Below are positions 30,752-44,689 of a stretch of 64,000 bases of DNA, piece by piece. A program made the translations under genes and the position numbers. The notes below the pieces were generated by a model. That model was not told where the DNA came from. It saw only the letters and a list, made by a program, of their open reading frames with translations, and made no database searches. Source of the stretch: Eledone cirrhosa (taxonomy: Eukaryota). The stretch covers positions 3,348,001-3,412,000 of the forward strand of contig OZ024751.1 in the NCBI GenBank assembly GCA_964016885.1, written 5' to 3'. Within the stretch, counting starts at the first letter, position 1, and each line of letters opens with the position of its first letter.

Positions 30752-30943
30752 TAGAAGTTCTCAAACTGTTGGGGCCACTTTCTCCCTCACGGACACATAA
30801 TACCCTTAGCGGCCCCCAACCCTATTTCCAGAGAGACCTGTCTACAGGCAAATTGTAAACAATATATAAATAAAATAATATATACTATGGACCTTCTGAA
30901 CGCCCCCCTAGAGGAGTCGGTAGCGCCTACTTTGAGAACCTTA
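30752..30943. mobile_element. hAT (Charlie-like) MITE
   Basis: TIR core gttctcaaa / tttgagaac; 8 bp target duplication atttagaa (30744-30751, 30943-30950). Confidence 0.7.
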
Positions 30944-31239
30944 TTTAGAATCTCGCGTTTTTGCAAGAAGATGCTCGTAAATCTGTGAATAAACACATAG
31001 CTCTACACATTTCATCACATATATACGAGGTTGGGCTGAAAGGTTCATAGAGTGACCAAGATACCCCATGTTGATATATGTGAGAACTGATAAATCACTT
31101 CCAATCTGTTATTTGTCAACAGCAACATATTCAGTTATTCTTTTGCGGGTTTATGAATATCTTCTTCGCCCACATATTTCCGAGATAGTCGTGGAGGCAG
31201 AGTCCTCAAATACTCCTCCTAGCGGTCCTTGTCAAAAAC

Positions 31240-31790
31240 AACCGTCTCCAACTAATTAGGCTGGATCCCCAAGCGTGACTAGCCAAGCTCATGGATGTTA
31301 TCCAACCATCTTGCTCAAGGTCTCAACCTATCGGTTGGATTTGCGCGTAAAATCTGTCCAGCGATTCTTACCTGAGACATTGTAACCACATAGTATTCTA
31401 GCCCATAGTATCGGAGCTGTGATTTCTCAATTCGACTATACTTAGAGTGACTCTCTGATCTCCAAGTTACACACTCTATCGAGTATTCACATTGCGGTAG
31501 GTCTTCAAGAAATTGTGGGAGTATTGCCAAGATGTATATTCTTGTTTTGTCGACCTTGAAAAGGCACATGACCACGTTCCTCGGGGCCTGCTGTGGAAGG
31601 TTCTGCACGAGTATGGAATCGATGGTCAGCTCCTTGCTGCCATGATGTTTCTATACGAATGCCTGAGTATTTGTGTTCCGATAAATGGTGCTAAATCGTA
31701 ACCATTCAATGTGGAATCGGTCTCCGCCAAGGGTGCGTACTCTCACCTCTTATTTAAATGAACAGCATTGACATGCGCAGCCGAGATTAT
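31240..31790. pseudogene. RTE LINE remnant with internal inversion (RT fragment on +, 3' end on -)
   Basis: WEYCQDVYSCFVDLEKAHDHVPRGLLWKVLHEYGIDG on + (31513-31701); RP..RWLDNI-type C-terminus on - near 31260-31330. Confidence 0.75.
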
Positions 31791-32163
31791 GAATATAGAT
31801 GTCATGAATAGATTATAGCCAACACTATACTGTATTATTTTCCTGGTTTCAGTCATGAAACTGTTATCTCTACAGCCTTCAATAGATTTTAGCTGATCGG
31901 ATCGATCAACTTCAGAACTTATTTCAGGCTAGTATATACTTTATCGATCTCTATTTATCGAGGCGTTACTCCTTGACATAAAGGGACTCAATGCGATAGT
32001 TTTCGCAGGTAAACATGCACACACACACACACACACACACACATACATATATGATATATATATGACATATATATATATATATATATGACATATATATATA
32101 TATATATATATATGACATATATATATATATATATATATGACATATATATATATATATATATAT

Positions 32164-32240
<77 letters not shown>

Positions 32241-32269
32241 TATATATATACATATATAAACACACACTG

Positions 32270-32568
32270 ATCGCGTCATAATGACGTAATGCAGACAGCC
32301 AGGCATACATACAGATGTTATAAGGGCGCGACGTTATATCTATATATCTATCTAAAAAGAGAAAGACTAAGAGTTATAGAGAGAGATCGCTAAATCGCCT
32401 AATGCGGTCCATAGGGCATTGAAAATTTGAAATTTTGTTTTATCAAAACACTCACAGGACCATAAGTATTACATGTGTAAAGTTTGAAAATAATGGGTTG
32501 GGTGGTTCTCGAGTTTTAGTGATCGGACAGACAGACAGACAGACATTCTCTGTTTTAGATATATAGAT
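32270..32568 (-). mobile_element. 5' fragment of the non-autonomous Helitron family
   Basis: Reverse complement aligns with 52620-52910. Confidence 0.75.
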
Positions 32569-32740
32569 AATTGTTTCTACTTTTGGCACACGGCCAGCAA
32601 TTACCTAGTGCATTACTGGTACTTTAGATATATAGATAATGTATATTTATATAAAATATATATATGTATATATGTATATGTAATGTATATGTATATAAAA
32701 TATATGTATATAATATATATATATGTATATTATATATATT

Positions 32741-33330
32741 TAGTCAGTGTCCAAGTCTCAGACCCGTACAGCAGCACAGACTCTACTACAGCAACGGAGA
32801 GACGGATCTTCAGGTCTTTACGAAGGTCCGACTTCCACACCGATCTCAAACTGTGGCACACCGCCCAGGTCTTGCTCATCCTCTAGACCACATCATCGTC
32901 CGTATTCCCAACTATGTTGTCGGCAAATTCAGCATCCGATATCTTTTTCGCCTTAACTCTCTTGCTCTAAACCGGTGGATGGGTGCTACACGAGAATGCT
33001 GAGGATGGCTCTGAACATTAATCAGTATACACTGAGAATGTGGAACTCAGAGCTGTACGGGAGCCTCCCAAAGGTCAGTTCGAGAGTAGCCAGAGGAGAC
33101 TGAGGTTAGCTGGACATGCTCACCGAAATCCAGAGTTGATACTGCACTCAGTGCTCCTGTGGCAGCCCCTGCATGGACACAATGGAAGAGGAAGACCGAG
33201 GTTAACATATGTCGATGCCCTAAGGACAGACACTGGTCTCCTGGAGAGGCAGGACATGGCAGCGATATTGAGGGACAGAGACCGCTGGAGAGAAATCGTC
33301 CATGGATCTCTGGAATTTTACCCGCCCTAG
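32741..33330 (+). mobile_element. RTE LINE 3' portion with 5' inversion
   Basis: RRLRLAGHAHRNPEL..LLWQPLHG..RGRPRLTYVD; 32741-32890 is inverted relative to 44355-44450. Confidence 0.85.
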
Positions 33331-33396
33331 ACATATATATAGTATATATATAATACATATATATATTATATATGTGTATATAATATATAAATATAT

Positions 33397-33461
<65 letters not shown>

Positions 33462-34079
33462 AATTAAATTAAATTAATTTAAGGGTGTCATGTCAGAGAG
33501 ACATGCACCATATCCACTGTAGAATATGCTCCAAGATTCCAATGAATAGATCCGAGCATTTTATATCATATATATATATATATATATAATACACATATGA
33601 AACAATCACAGGGAATAATTTGTAAATGTGTGTAAGCACACATAGCTATATAGGTAACTAATTAAAGTTTAATTAGAACTTTAAAAATAGTTACCTAATA
33701 AATCTTCCATGTATATATTTCATTAAAGAAATATATTTCACCATCAATCTTTCGGTAAACCACAGTAGCCAAATTCCGAATTTTCAACAAGGGAGAAGAC
33801 TTAACTATCTGTGTTTACACAGCAAATCCAAATCTGCGAATGGTTAGTAGCACGTATTGCACTTATCAAAAATACACACATCGTACCAGCTTCATCTCAG
33901 TGGCATGAATAGGGTTATCGACAACTAGAAATAGCAGTCGAGTCCTTTCAACTGAGTTAGCTCAACAATTAAGGGGCCGTATATACATATTCAAAATTAA
34001 ATTAAATTAATTTAAGGGTGTCATGTCAGAGAGACATGCGCCATATCCAATTTCTAGTTGATATATATATATATATAGG

Positions 34080-34946
<867 letters not shown>

Positions 34947-34962
34947 CATTATTTCTGAAAAC

Positions 34963-35146
34963 GGCGGTGGATTGGCAGTATGGGTAGAGGGTCGGACGCC
35001 ATGCTTTCCAACATAGTTACGTCCCTTTACGATCTGAGTTCAAATCCCGCCGAGGTTGACTTTGCCTTTCATCCTTACGGGGTCGATAAAATAAAGTACC
35101 AGTAATGCACTGGGTAATTGCTGGCCTTGTGCCTAAAGTAGAAACA
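34963..35146 (+). mobile_element. Full-length tRNA-derived SINE (octopus-type) with 15 bp TSD
   Basis: A-box-like tggcagtatgg and B-box gagttcaaatccc; TSD attatttctgaa(a/g)ac at 34948-34962 and 35147-35161. Confidence 0.88.
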
Positions 35147-35293
35147 ATTATTTCTGAAGACGGCATATGTATGTGTTGGTATGTATATTATATTTGATAG
35201 TTTGTATAATTTTGTATAATTTTGTACATAGATCTGTTGAATATACATGCCAATTCTAACACATATATGTCCTAGAAACGATCGTTAAATAAT
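35147..35293 (+). ncRNA. Type-I hammerhead ribozyme with ~114 nt stem II
   Basis: attattt-CTGAAGA-c-ggcatatgtatgtgtt...aacacatatatgtc-cta-GAAA-cgatcg-TT-aaataat. Confidence 0.75.
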
Positions 35294-35356
35294 GAATTTT
35301 TTTTGTTTAATATAAGGAACTGTTTCATTGCTTTATTCATTATTTTTTTAATACTT

Positions 35357-36009
<653 letters not shown>

Positions 36010-36010
<1 letters not shown>

Positions 36011-37300
36011 AATGGAAAAGAATGAAACGAAATTTCATTTCTCACTCTTAGTATGGCTGATACCTAAATATAAGTATGTATACGTACATACATATATGTG
36101 TACAGACGTACAGTAGTATGTATATATATACATACATGCACACATATATATATATATGTACGTATGGGTTTACTGAACATTTATTATTATGTTCAGTTTG
36201 TTTGTAAACAAATAGCCCGAATTACGCCGTACAGTGCTCGGCAACCATCGTCGCCCTTTTGTTCAACACTGATAAAGGAACGATGTACTAATTTCAAGCT
36301 TATTAACTATCGCCAGCATCGTACACCATTCTGTCAGATGATTGAACGTTTTGAAAGTATATACTTTCCGTATGGATATTAACGGCTGAGCAGCCTAATT
36401 TGCATATTGATTGAGTTAATCGGCCAGGTGAAGCGAAAACGATAAATGGAAAAGAATGAAACGAAATTTCATTTCTCACTCTTAGTACCTAAATATAAGT
36501 ATGTATATGTATGATACCTAAATATAAGTATGTATACGTACATACATATATGTGTACAGACGTACAGGGCGCACCGAAAACGATAATATGCATAAGGAAA
36601 GTATATACTTTCAAAACGTTCAATCATCTGACAGAAAGGTATACGATGCTGACGATAGCTAATAAGCTTAAAACTAGTACATCGTTCCTGTGTCAGTGTT
36701 GAACAAAAGGACGGCGTAATTCGGGCTGTTTGTTTACAAACAAACCAAACATTATAATAAATGTTCCGTAAACCCATACGTACATATATATATATATGTG
36801 TGCATGTATGTATACATATACATACTACTGTACGTCTGTACACATAAACGTATGTACGTATTCATACTTATATTTAGGTATCAGCCGTACTAAGAGTGAG
36901 GAATGAAATTTCATTTCATTCTTTTCCATTTATCGTTTTCGGTGCACCCGGCCGACTAACTCAATCGATATGCAAATTAGGCTGCTCAGCCGTTAATATG
37001 CATAAGGAAAGTATATACTTTCAAAACGTTCATTCATCTGACAAAGGTTTACGATGCTGACGATAGTTAATAAGCTTGAAACTAGTACATCGTTCCTGTG
37101 TCAGTGTTGAACAAAAGGGCGACGATGGTTGCCGAGCACTGTAAGGCGTAATTCGGGCTGTTTGTTTACAAACAAACCGAACATAATAATAAATGTTCGG
37201 TAAACCCATACGTACATATATATATGTCTGCATGTATGTATATATATACATACTACTGTACGTCTGTACACATAGATGTATGTACGTATACATACTTATA
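36010..37300. repeat. ~435 bp repeat unit in tandem and inverted arrangement (partial copy also at 16185-16320)
   Basis: aatggaaaagaatgaaacgaaatttc at 36011 and 36446; inverted copies at 36580-36950 and 36950-37300. Confidence 0.85.
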
Positions 37301-37302
37301 TA

Positions 37303-37390
<88 letters not shown>

Positions 37391-37639
37391 ATAAAACAAA
37401 GAAGCCTTCAATACATCAAAAGTCTTTATTAGCCAACAATGTTTCGTCCTATTAAGGACTCATCAGGGCAATCAAGACCTCAAGAAGCACTATCGGCCAA
37501 TACAAGCCGAAAACTCCGAAGAATATGGAGTGTACATACACTAAAGTATTGGAAGATTATGGGTAAAAATATATAATACAAATCACTAAGGAGGTGGATA
37601 ACATTTTGAACCATATTACAAATATAGTCTAATATTATA

Positions 37640-39761
37640 GCCATATTACCCTAGAGATCCGAGATTCACTCTTAAGGATCATAAGGTAGACTTTATTAGT
37701 AACCCCTCTGTTAGGCTCATCTGTCCTTCTAAGTCCGATATAGCCATAATCAGTAAAAAAAATCCCTGACCTTATTATACCAGATGTTAGGGATAAAGTT
37801 AATTTTAACCTATGGGGGAACACTAAGGAAGTTATAGATTGGTTCTCTGGGATTAATAAACTTGAATCTAATAAATTTATCCAGTTCGATATTGATGCCT
37901 ACTACACATCGATTTCTCCCATCCTCCTCAATAAAGCCTTAATGTTGGCCATGAGAGTGTCCAGCCTTACACGATCACAGGTAGATATTATACTAGCAGC
38001 CCGTAGAACTATCATTAATTTTGAGGACACATTTTGGACCCGTAAAAACACGCCCAACAATTTCGATGTTACAATGGGTTCGAGTGATTCGGCCCAGGTA
38101 ACTGATCTTGTTGGGTTGTTCCTCCTAAATGAACTATATGTTACCTTTCCGCACCTTAAAGGCGGACTATATCGTGATGATGCATTGTTTTTTATTAACT
38201 CTAGCACCAACAATGTCGAGCATAATAAGAAGAAGCTTTATAAGTTTTTTCGATCACGATAGATAGAAACGATAGAGCGGTCAACTTTTTAGATGTGACT
38301 TTGGACTTGGTCACTAATAGTTTTAAACCCTTCCATAAGCCTAATGAAATACTTTCTTATGTTAGTCCCAATTCTAACCACCCCAAATCTATGATAAGCT
38401 CTATAATTAAGGGTGTATCTAATAGGATTTCCACACTCTCTAAGGACGTAGGAACATTTAATGAACATGCGGAGTACTATAATAATGCCCTAGCTAATTC
38501 CGGTTACTCTAGTAAAATACATTATAGTAACCTTAGAAAGTCTCCGCTTACTTATAATAATAATAACATAATATCCCATAACATGGCCATGAATGGGAGT
38601 AGGAAGCATAATAATCGTAGAAATCACATAGGTGTATCTGAACCCATCCATAAGTTAACCCACCGGACTCGTAATAGGGAATATAATACCTCTAGGAATC
38701 AAGTCGAACCCTCTGAGCGCTCACTCATTGGTGATGCTTTTGCTAGCTCTAATTCTAATAATGTTGTTTCTACTGATCCTATTATTGGCCCTAATCCTTT
38801 TGATAGGATTCCAGACAGCAGCAGATCTACTAGAGGTAGAAACAGAAAGAGACTTAATGAAATTTCGGCTGATTCTAATATTGCGGTTTTAACTAATCCT
38901 TGTAATAACCCTAGTCTTAATAATGGGATATTAGATAATGGTAGAGTCGGAAAGGATAAAAATAGAAGGAGACTAAATACTTATTTTAACCCTATAGCCA
39001 TATAATCAGGAAGTATTAACTAATATCCCTAGGTCTTTCTTTTCTATCTTAGAGAAAAATTTCCCCCTTCTCATAAATACCATAGTATTTTTAATAAAAA
39101 TGTTATTAAACTTTCATTCTCTACCTCCCCTAATATTAGTTCTCATTTAGCTAGCACTAACAATAGGAAAATTAGGGATGGATACTCCTCTCTACATACT
39201 ACTAGTCTGAACAGATCTGCAAATGCCTTACCACCAGAGCAGACCTTATCTAATAGTAATCCTACGTGTAATGCATCACTACTTCAGCCAATCAATAGCA
39301 CCCGGAAGTGTAACTGTAGAGTGAGTGCTAACTGCCCTTTAAACGGTAACTGCCTCTCTAAGAACATCGTTTATGCTTGCGTAGTTATAACTAATTCCTC
39401 TAATAGAACTTATATAGGCTCTAAATCTAACACTTTTAAGACTAGATTTAATTCTCATATCTCTAATTTCAAACATGTTAAGTTTAAGAATTCTACTTCT
39501 TTAGCACACTATATCTGGGATCTTAAGGGGGCTAATATACCATATAGCCTTAATTGGCGTTTAGTAGCATGTTCTAATAACCTTTCTACACATACTAAAT
39601 TTTGTAATCTCTGTATCCTCGAGACACACTCTATAATTTTATCTAGTGAATCCTTACTTAATAGAAAGTCTGAGATATTATCTTCTTGCCCCCACGCTAT
39701 TTCTAATTCTTACTTTTATTATAAACCTAAAGGTTCTAGTAGTGTAAATTGTATCCATTAG
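37640..39761 (+). pseudogene. Naiad PLE RT + GIY-YIG, frameshifted
   Basis: TLKDHK..RLICPSKS, FIQFDI, FDVTMGS.D, GLYRDD, PFHKPN, SNHP, CNCR..CPLNGNCL..IVY..YIG..FKTRFNSH..CNLC..LLNRKSE..CPH. Confidence 0.9.
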
Positions 39762-41440
39762 CTGATATATTCCATTACTTATTTGTTTTAGTTTAGGTTC
39801 TTTTTGTTTACCACCATTATTATCATCATTATTATCATTGGTTTTTGACAACTTTTTATTCTAGCTCTCATAATCTTTTGGCTACTATACCATATCTATC
39901 TTCTTACACATTAAATGTTCACTATTAACACCTTATGAGTATATATCTGATTATATATTTTATATTATTTTATTTCATTTTATTTTATTTTATTTGGATT
40001 CTTCTTTGGATAACCCCCCCCCCCCATGCACACATGAACTTATTGCTAACCCCTTCAAATATATTATGATTATATTTAATCCCCCCTTTTTTATGCTCCT
40101 TTCTATTATATAATACAGTATATTGATTATGATTTTATGCTCCTTTGTATCCTCCATACATTTCTTTTTTCTGTCCCTATTAGCCTACCATAATTCTGCT
40201 TAAGTCAGTTTTTTAGATATCGTTATGTAAATGATAGTAGAATATTTCATTCCTTTCTCTATATATATTTATAGTGAAATATTAATGTTTAGGAATTTTG
40301 ATTACTTAAACCATAGCTAATATTGTATTGCCTTATTAGGTATTTTAAATATTTTCAATATTAATTTATCAAATAGGGTTTTCTAGTCATTTATCTGGGT
40401 TGTTTCCTAAGGTTTTACTTAACTGCATGTGAGACCTAAGTAAATACTTTTGTTTTTGTTTTTTTAATTTCCGGTTGTTTTTATTTATTTATTTATTAAT
40501 ACTACTGTGCATAGTATTTTCTGTCTGGCCCTTATTCACTCATCCACATATGTGTCTGTTTACCAACCTTGTAATTATAAGTAATTATATATTATATTAT
40601 GTTCATTATTTTATATTGAAGTTGTTATTCAACTCTTTGTAAATGTACTATTGATCCTTATTACTTACCGATGATTTTATGTACCATTATGATATGTTAA
40701 ATTTTATATATCATGTAAGATGTTTATATTTTTGTACCATCATAATTTTGGGTATTGTACAATTTATATTTTTTTCACACCTACTCTGTAACTCTATATG
40801 AATTGATTTGTTAACTTACATGCCTTTATATATTATATATTATTATATTATTATTATAGTATTATTGTGACATCTATATTGTTTGTGTAAATTAACCGGA
40901 GATTATCTATTATATTATATTATATATTATATAATTATATAGTTTATTATATATTATATGTGTTACTTTTAATCATTTCATTACTTCATGTTATACTGTA
41001 TATTAGATATACATATTATTTTTATTTTTATTTTTATTCCTATTATGCTTATTTATATTTAAACTCTTAATAAGGTTTAATTTTGTGCTGTTAATGATGG
41101 AAATGTGTATTGATGTATATGTATATGTGCGTACGTGTGTGTACATATATACATATGTATATTGTGCCTTTTAATTTTAATATTGTTACAAGTATATTAT
41201 ATCGTATTATACCGTATTACATATAGTACTATAATTCCCGCTCTATATAACCACCTTTGTTTAGCTCTAGTTTTTTTGCTTTGGACTATATTTGTAATAT
41301 GGTTCAAAATGTTATCCACCTCCTTAGTGATTTGTATTATATATTTTTACCCATAATCTTCCAATACTTTAGTGTATGTACACTCCATATTCTTCGGAGT
41401 TTTCGGCTTGTATTGGCCGATAGTGCTTCTTGAGGTTTTG

Positions 41441-41485
41441 ATTGCCCTGATGAGTCCTTAATAGGACGAAACATTGTTGGCTAAT
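41441..41485 (+). ncRNA. Canonical minimal type-I hammerhead ribozyme (mirror copy 37428-37472 minus)
   Basis: attgcc-CTGATGA-gtcct(taat)aggac-GAAA-cattg-TT-ggctaat. Confidence 0.85.
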
Positions 41486-41649
41486 AAAGACTTTTGATGT
41501 ATTGAAGGCTTCTTTGTTTTATTTTCATAATTCTTCGGCTCTGTTTAATTATATTGAGCTATACCTTTTACTGTCATTTCTATAATACGAAGAGGGTGTT
41601 TAACTCCAACACGCTCCAGTATTTTAATCCTTATATATATATATATAAA

Positions 41650-42630
41650 TTAATAAAAACAAAGAATCAGTTCCTTATATTAAAAAAATCATCATTTTAC
41701 GATCGTTTCTAGGATATATATGTGTGTGTTGGTATGTATATCATATAAATCTATGTAAAAATTTTACAAACTATCAGAGGGAATATACATACCTACACAA
41801 ATATATGCTGTCTTCAGAAATACTGATATTTGTTTATTGAAAAATACCAACAAAGATTTAATATAATAAGTCTGTTTGGGAACAGGTTTTGAACTGACCA
41901 ATGGAAGAGTAGTAAGTGGTCTAGTTGATAGAATAGTAGTAGTAGAAATTTAATTTAGGGGTAGAGGAATTCATACTTCAGTTTTGAATGGAAATAATAC
42001 TTTGAATGAAAATATTACTTTGGGGATGAAAAGAGGTCAAGCCGGTGAAAGTTACACGAAAATTTGATGTTATTAAAGAATAATGATAATGTTAAAATCG
42101 AAGGAGAATAAAATTTTAGGATAAATGTGTTAGTGAGAAATACCAATCTTATTAAAAACATAAGGAATTTAGATCTATAAAGGTATACTTATAGGGATAA
42201 ATTTATATTAATTCATATAGATGTGATAAATAAGAGTTAGATGTTATTAAAGAATGTTGTTAAAAACGAAGGAAAAAAAATGTTGGGGGGGATAAATGTA
42301 TTAGTGAGAAATAACAAACTTATATAGACTACAAGGAATTTAGATTCATAACAGGAAATTAAAATAGTTTATATGTATACTTATAGGTGTTAATTTTAGG
42401 AAAAGATAGCTGTAAAAGGGAAATAAAATTATGAAGTTCTCAGTAGTAAAATACTAATTATAGGTTAACTAAATTTAAAAAAACAAACTAATTATAATAA
42501 TTTGTAAAATAAAAGTGTATATTAATTAGGTTTATAATATTTGAAAGTTCTTCTAATTTTATGATTGCACGATATAATTAATTCTTGTCGCTTATTTAAT
42601 AGGATATCCTTAGTTTTCATTATTTCAAAA
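41650..42630 (-). mobile_element. Naiad PLE 3' fragment with long-stem-II hammerhead (41691-41824 minus)
   Basis: Minus translation FEIMKTKDILLNKRQELIISCNHKIRRTFKYYKPN*; hammerhead homologous to 35147-35293. Confidence 0.75.
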
Positions 42631-43402
42631 CCTTAAATCACCAAAAACCTGCCTAAATACAAAAACAGAAATTTTCACCAGTTGCCCACGCATGAAATCA
42701 CACTTGCTTTCCAGCTCATATAAACTTAACTCACTTTCAGATACTTATCCTCCATAAACTCTTATTCTTCACTTTCCTTAAATTATTCTCTTTACAGACT
42801 TCTCTTTCTGATTTACTTTCATGTTTAACTTTATTTTTAATTTTATTTTTATTTTTATTTTTATTTTTATTTTTATTTTTATTTTTACTTCACATCCACC
42901 AGTAACCCCCCCCCCCCACCCACCCACACACACTCTTCGATTCACTTACCTAATAACTTCACATTCCACATGTTACTTCCCCATTTTCTTTCACTACCTG
43001 ATTCCACTGTCACTTGCGTTTTCAACTCCAGATATATTCTGTTGTTTCGCAGCCGATTTTATATTTGTACTCATTTATTCATTAGGCTGCTTTATACTCT
43101 GTATCTATATGTCTGAGTGTGTTTATGTGTGCATACGTTCTGTATATGTATACGAGCGCCTCCGTATGTGTGCGTGCATACGTGTATATATATGTGTGTG
43201 TATGTGTGTTTTTATATCTATGTTTTTACATCTATGTTTTTTACATTCTTATTTTTACGTGCGTGCGTAAGAGGGTGAATGTACGTGAATGTGTATGTAT
43301 GTGTGTATATATGTATACGTATGTATGGGTATGTATGTGTATGTGTGTATATATATATATATGGTCGCGTACGTACGTGTGATTAGATATACATGGGGCG
43401 AG

Positions 43403-43437
<35 letters not shown>

Positions 43438-44240
43438 CGTGCCTCGTGTGTATGTATGTACGCATACATGCGCTTTTGTCTGTACGTATTTGTGTGTATA
43501 AATATTTTTTTCATAGATATATGTTTTTTATAGATATATGTGTATGTACGTGCGTCCCTATGTTTGTTTTCTTTTCTCTAGTGTTAATTGATTACTTTCT
43601 CTTTCATTTAAAAATTTTCTTCATTCTCATATACTGTTTCATTTTTATACATATATCGAGAATGACACTTCTTTTCACTATTACACTCCTTTCCCTCATA
43701 TAAGTGACCGCGCGTGTGTGTGTGTCTATACGCGTGCTTTCATACTCGTACGTGTATTTAATACCTGTATCTGGATGCGTGTCAACTATATTATCATCTT
43801 CTTTTTCAACTCTTATTATATCCGTATTTGTGGTGACATATACACAAATATACTTGCCCTCATATATGTACTTACGCACACATTTTCACCATACACATGC
43901 ATTTGTACACACACACATATGTACATTTGTGAGTGTATATACATACATATACACATACCTAACTATATTTCCCTATATTTTTTCTATATTTTTCTATATT
44001 TTTTAATATATCTCTTGCATTACTTTTATTTATATATTTTTTGCATTTCTTGAGAAGACTTTCCAAATATTTCACTATGTTTTATATTACCTTGTCCGAC
44101 GAACGAATGAGGACGTTTTTTTCGTATTCGTCTTATTCGGGAAACCTCTGGTAATGAGGTAATTATATTGTATTGTTTATTATACATTAAATTTTGCTCT
44201 GGTACTTACATAGAGCACTCTTCACTCCTATGACTTTTTC
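42620..44240 (+). mobile_element. Second Naiad PLE 3' fragment (different family)
   Basis: NLKSPKTCLNTKTEIFTSCPRMKSHLL..YPP* (stop 42755-42757) is homologous to the C-terminus of 60556-61074; hammerhead near the 3' end. Confidence 0.75.
44086..44163 (+). ncRNA. Type-I hammerhead with CCGACGA (U4C) core
   Basis: attaccttgt-CCGACGA-a-cgaatgaggacg..cgtcttattcg-g-GAAA-cctctgg-TA-atgaggtaat; 10 bp stem I. Confidence 0.75.
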
Positions 44241-44354
44241 AATTTTCAACGGAAACTTCAATATTTAATATATATGTATATAATATATATGTATATAATA
44301 TATGTATATATAATATATATGCATATAATATATATATATAATACATATGTCGAA

Positions 44355-44608
44355 CCTTCGTAAAGACCTGAAGATACGTCTCTTCGTTGCTGTCGTGGAG
44401 TGTGTGCTGCTGTACGGGTCTGGGACTTGAACACTGACCAAGAAACTCACTCAGATGGTGGATGGGTGCTACACGAGAATGCTGATGATGGCTCTGAACT
44501 GAGGATGAAGAATTCATAGCTGTATGGGAGCCTCCCAAAAGTCAGCTCGAAAGTGACACATTGAGATTGAGGGTAGCTGGACATGCTCGGGAATTTTACC
44601 CGCCCTAG
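44355..44608 (+). mobile_element. RTE LINE 3' remnant (internally deleted)
   Basis: Homologous to 32741-33330 and shares its terminus. Confidence 0.8.
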
Positions 44609-44689
44609 GTAGATATATATATAAGATATATTGGGGTGGAACCGCCATTTTGGAACTGCTATTTTCCTGCCATTTTCCTGCATGATTCC

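Larger units (their letters stand above)
37386..41632 (+). mobile_element. Naiad-type PLE, 5'-truncated, with inverted pLTR (37386-37630 vs 41283-41529)
   Basis: ~245 bp near-identical inverted termini containing a hammerhead; RT-EN remnant; (TA)n flanks. Confidence 0.9.

Noticed and set aside
31022-31230. Tc1/mariner-like terminus (tacgagg..ctgaaaggttcatag) and a CAGTGG-starting segment at 12207
   Set aside because: No convincing matching opposite TIR could be identified by eye.
34963-35055. tRNA gene
   Set aside because: A/B boxes are present but there is no cloverleaf; it continues into a SINE body with TSDs and has other partial copies.
36330-36370. cagatga..gaaa-gtatatac-tt as a hammerhead
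   Set aside because: No stem I pairing, and the core has U4A; gaaagtatatactttc is simply a palindrome.
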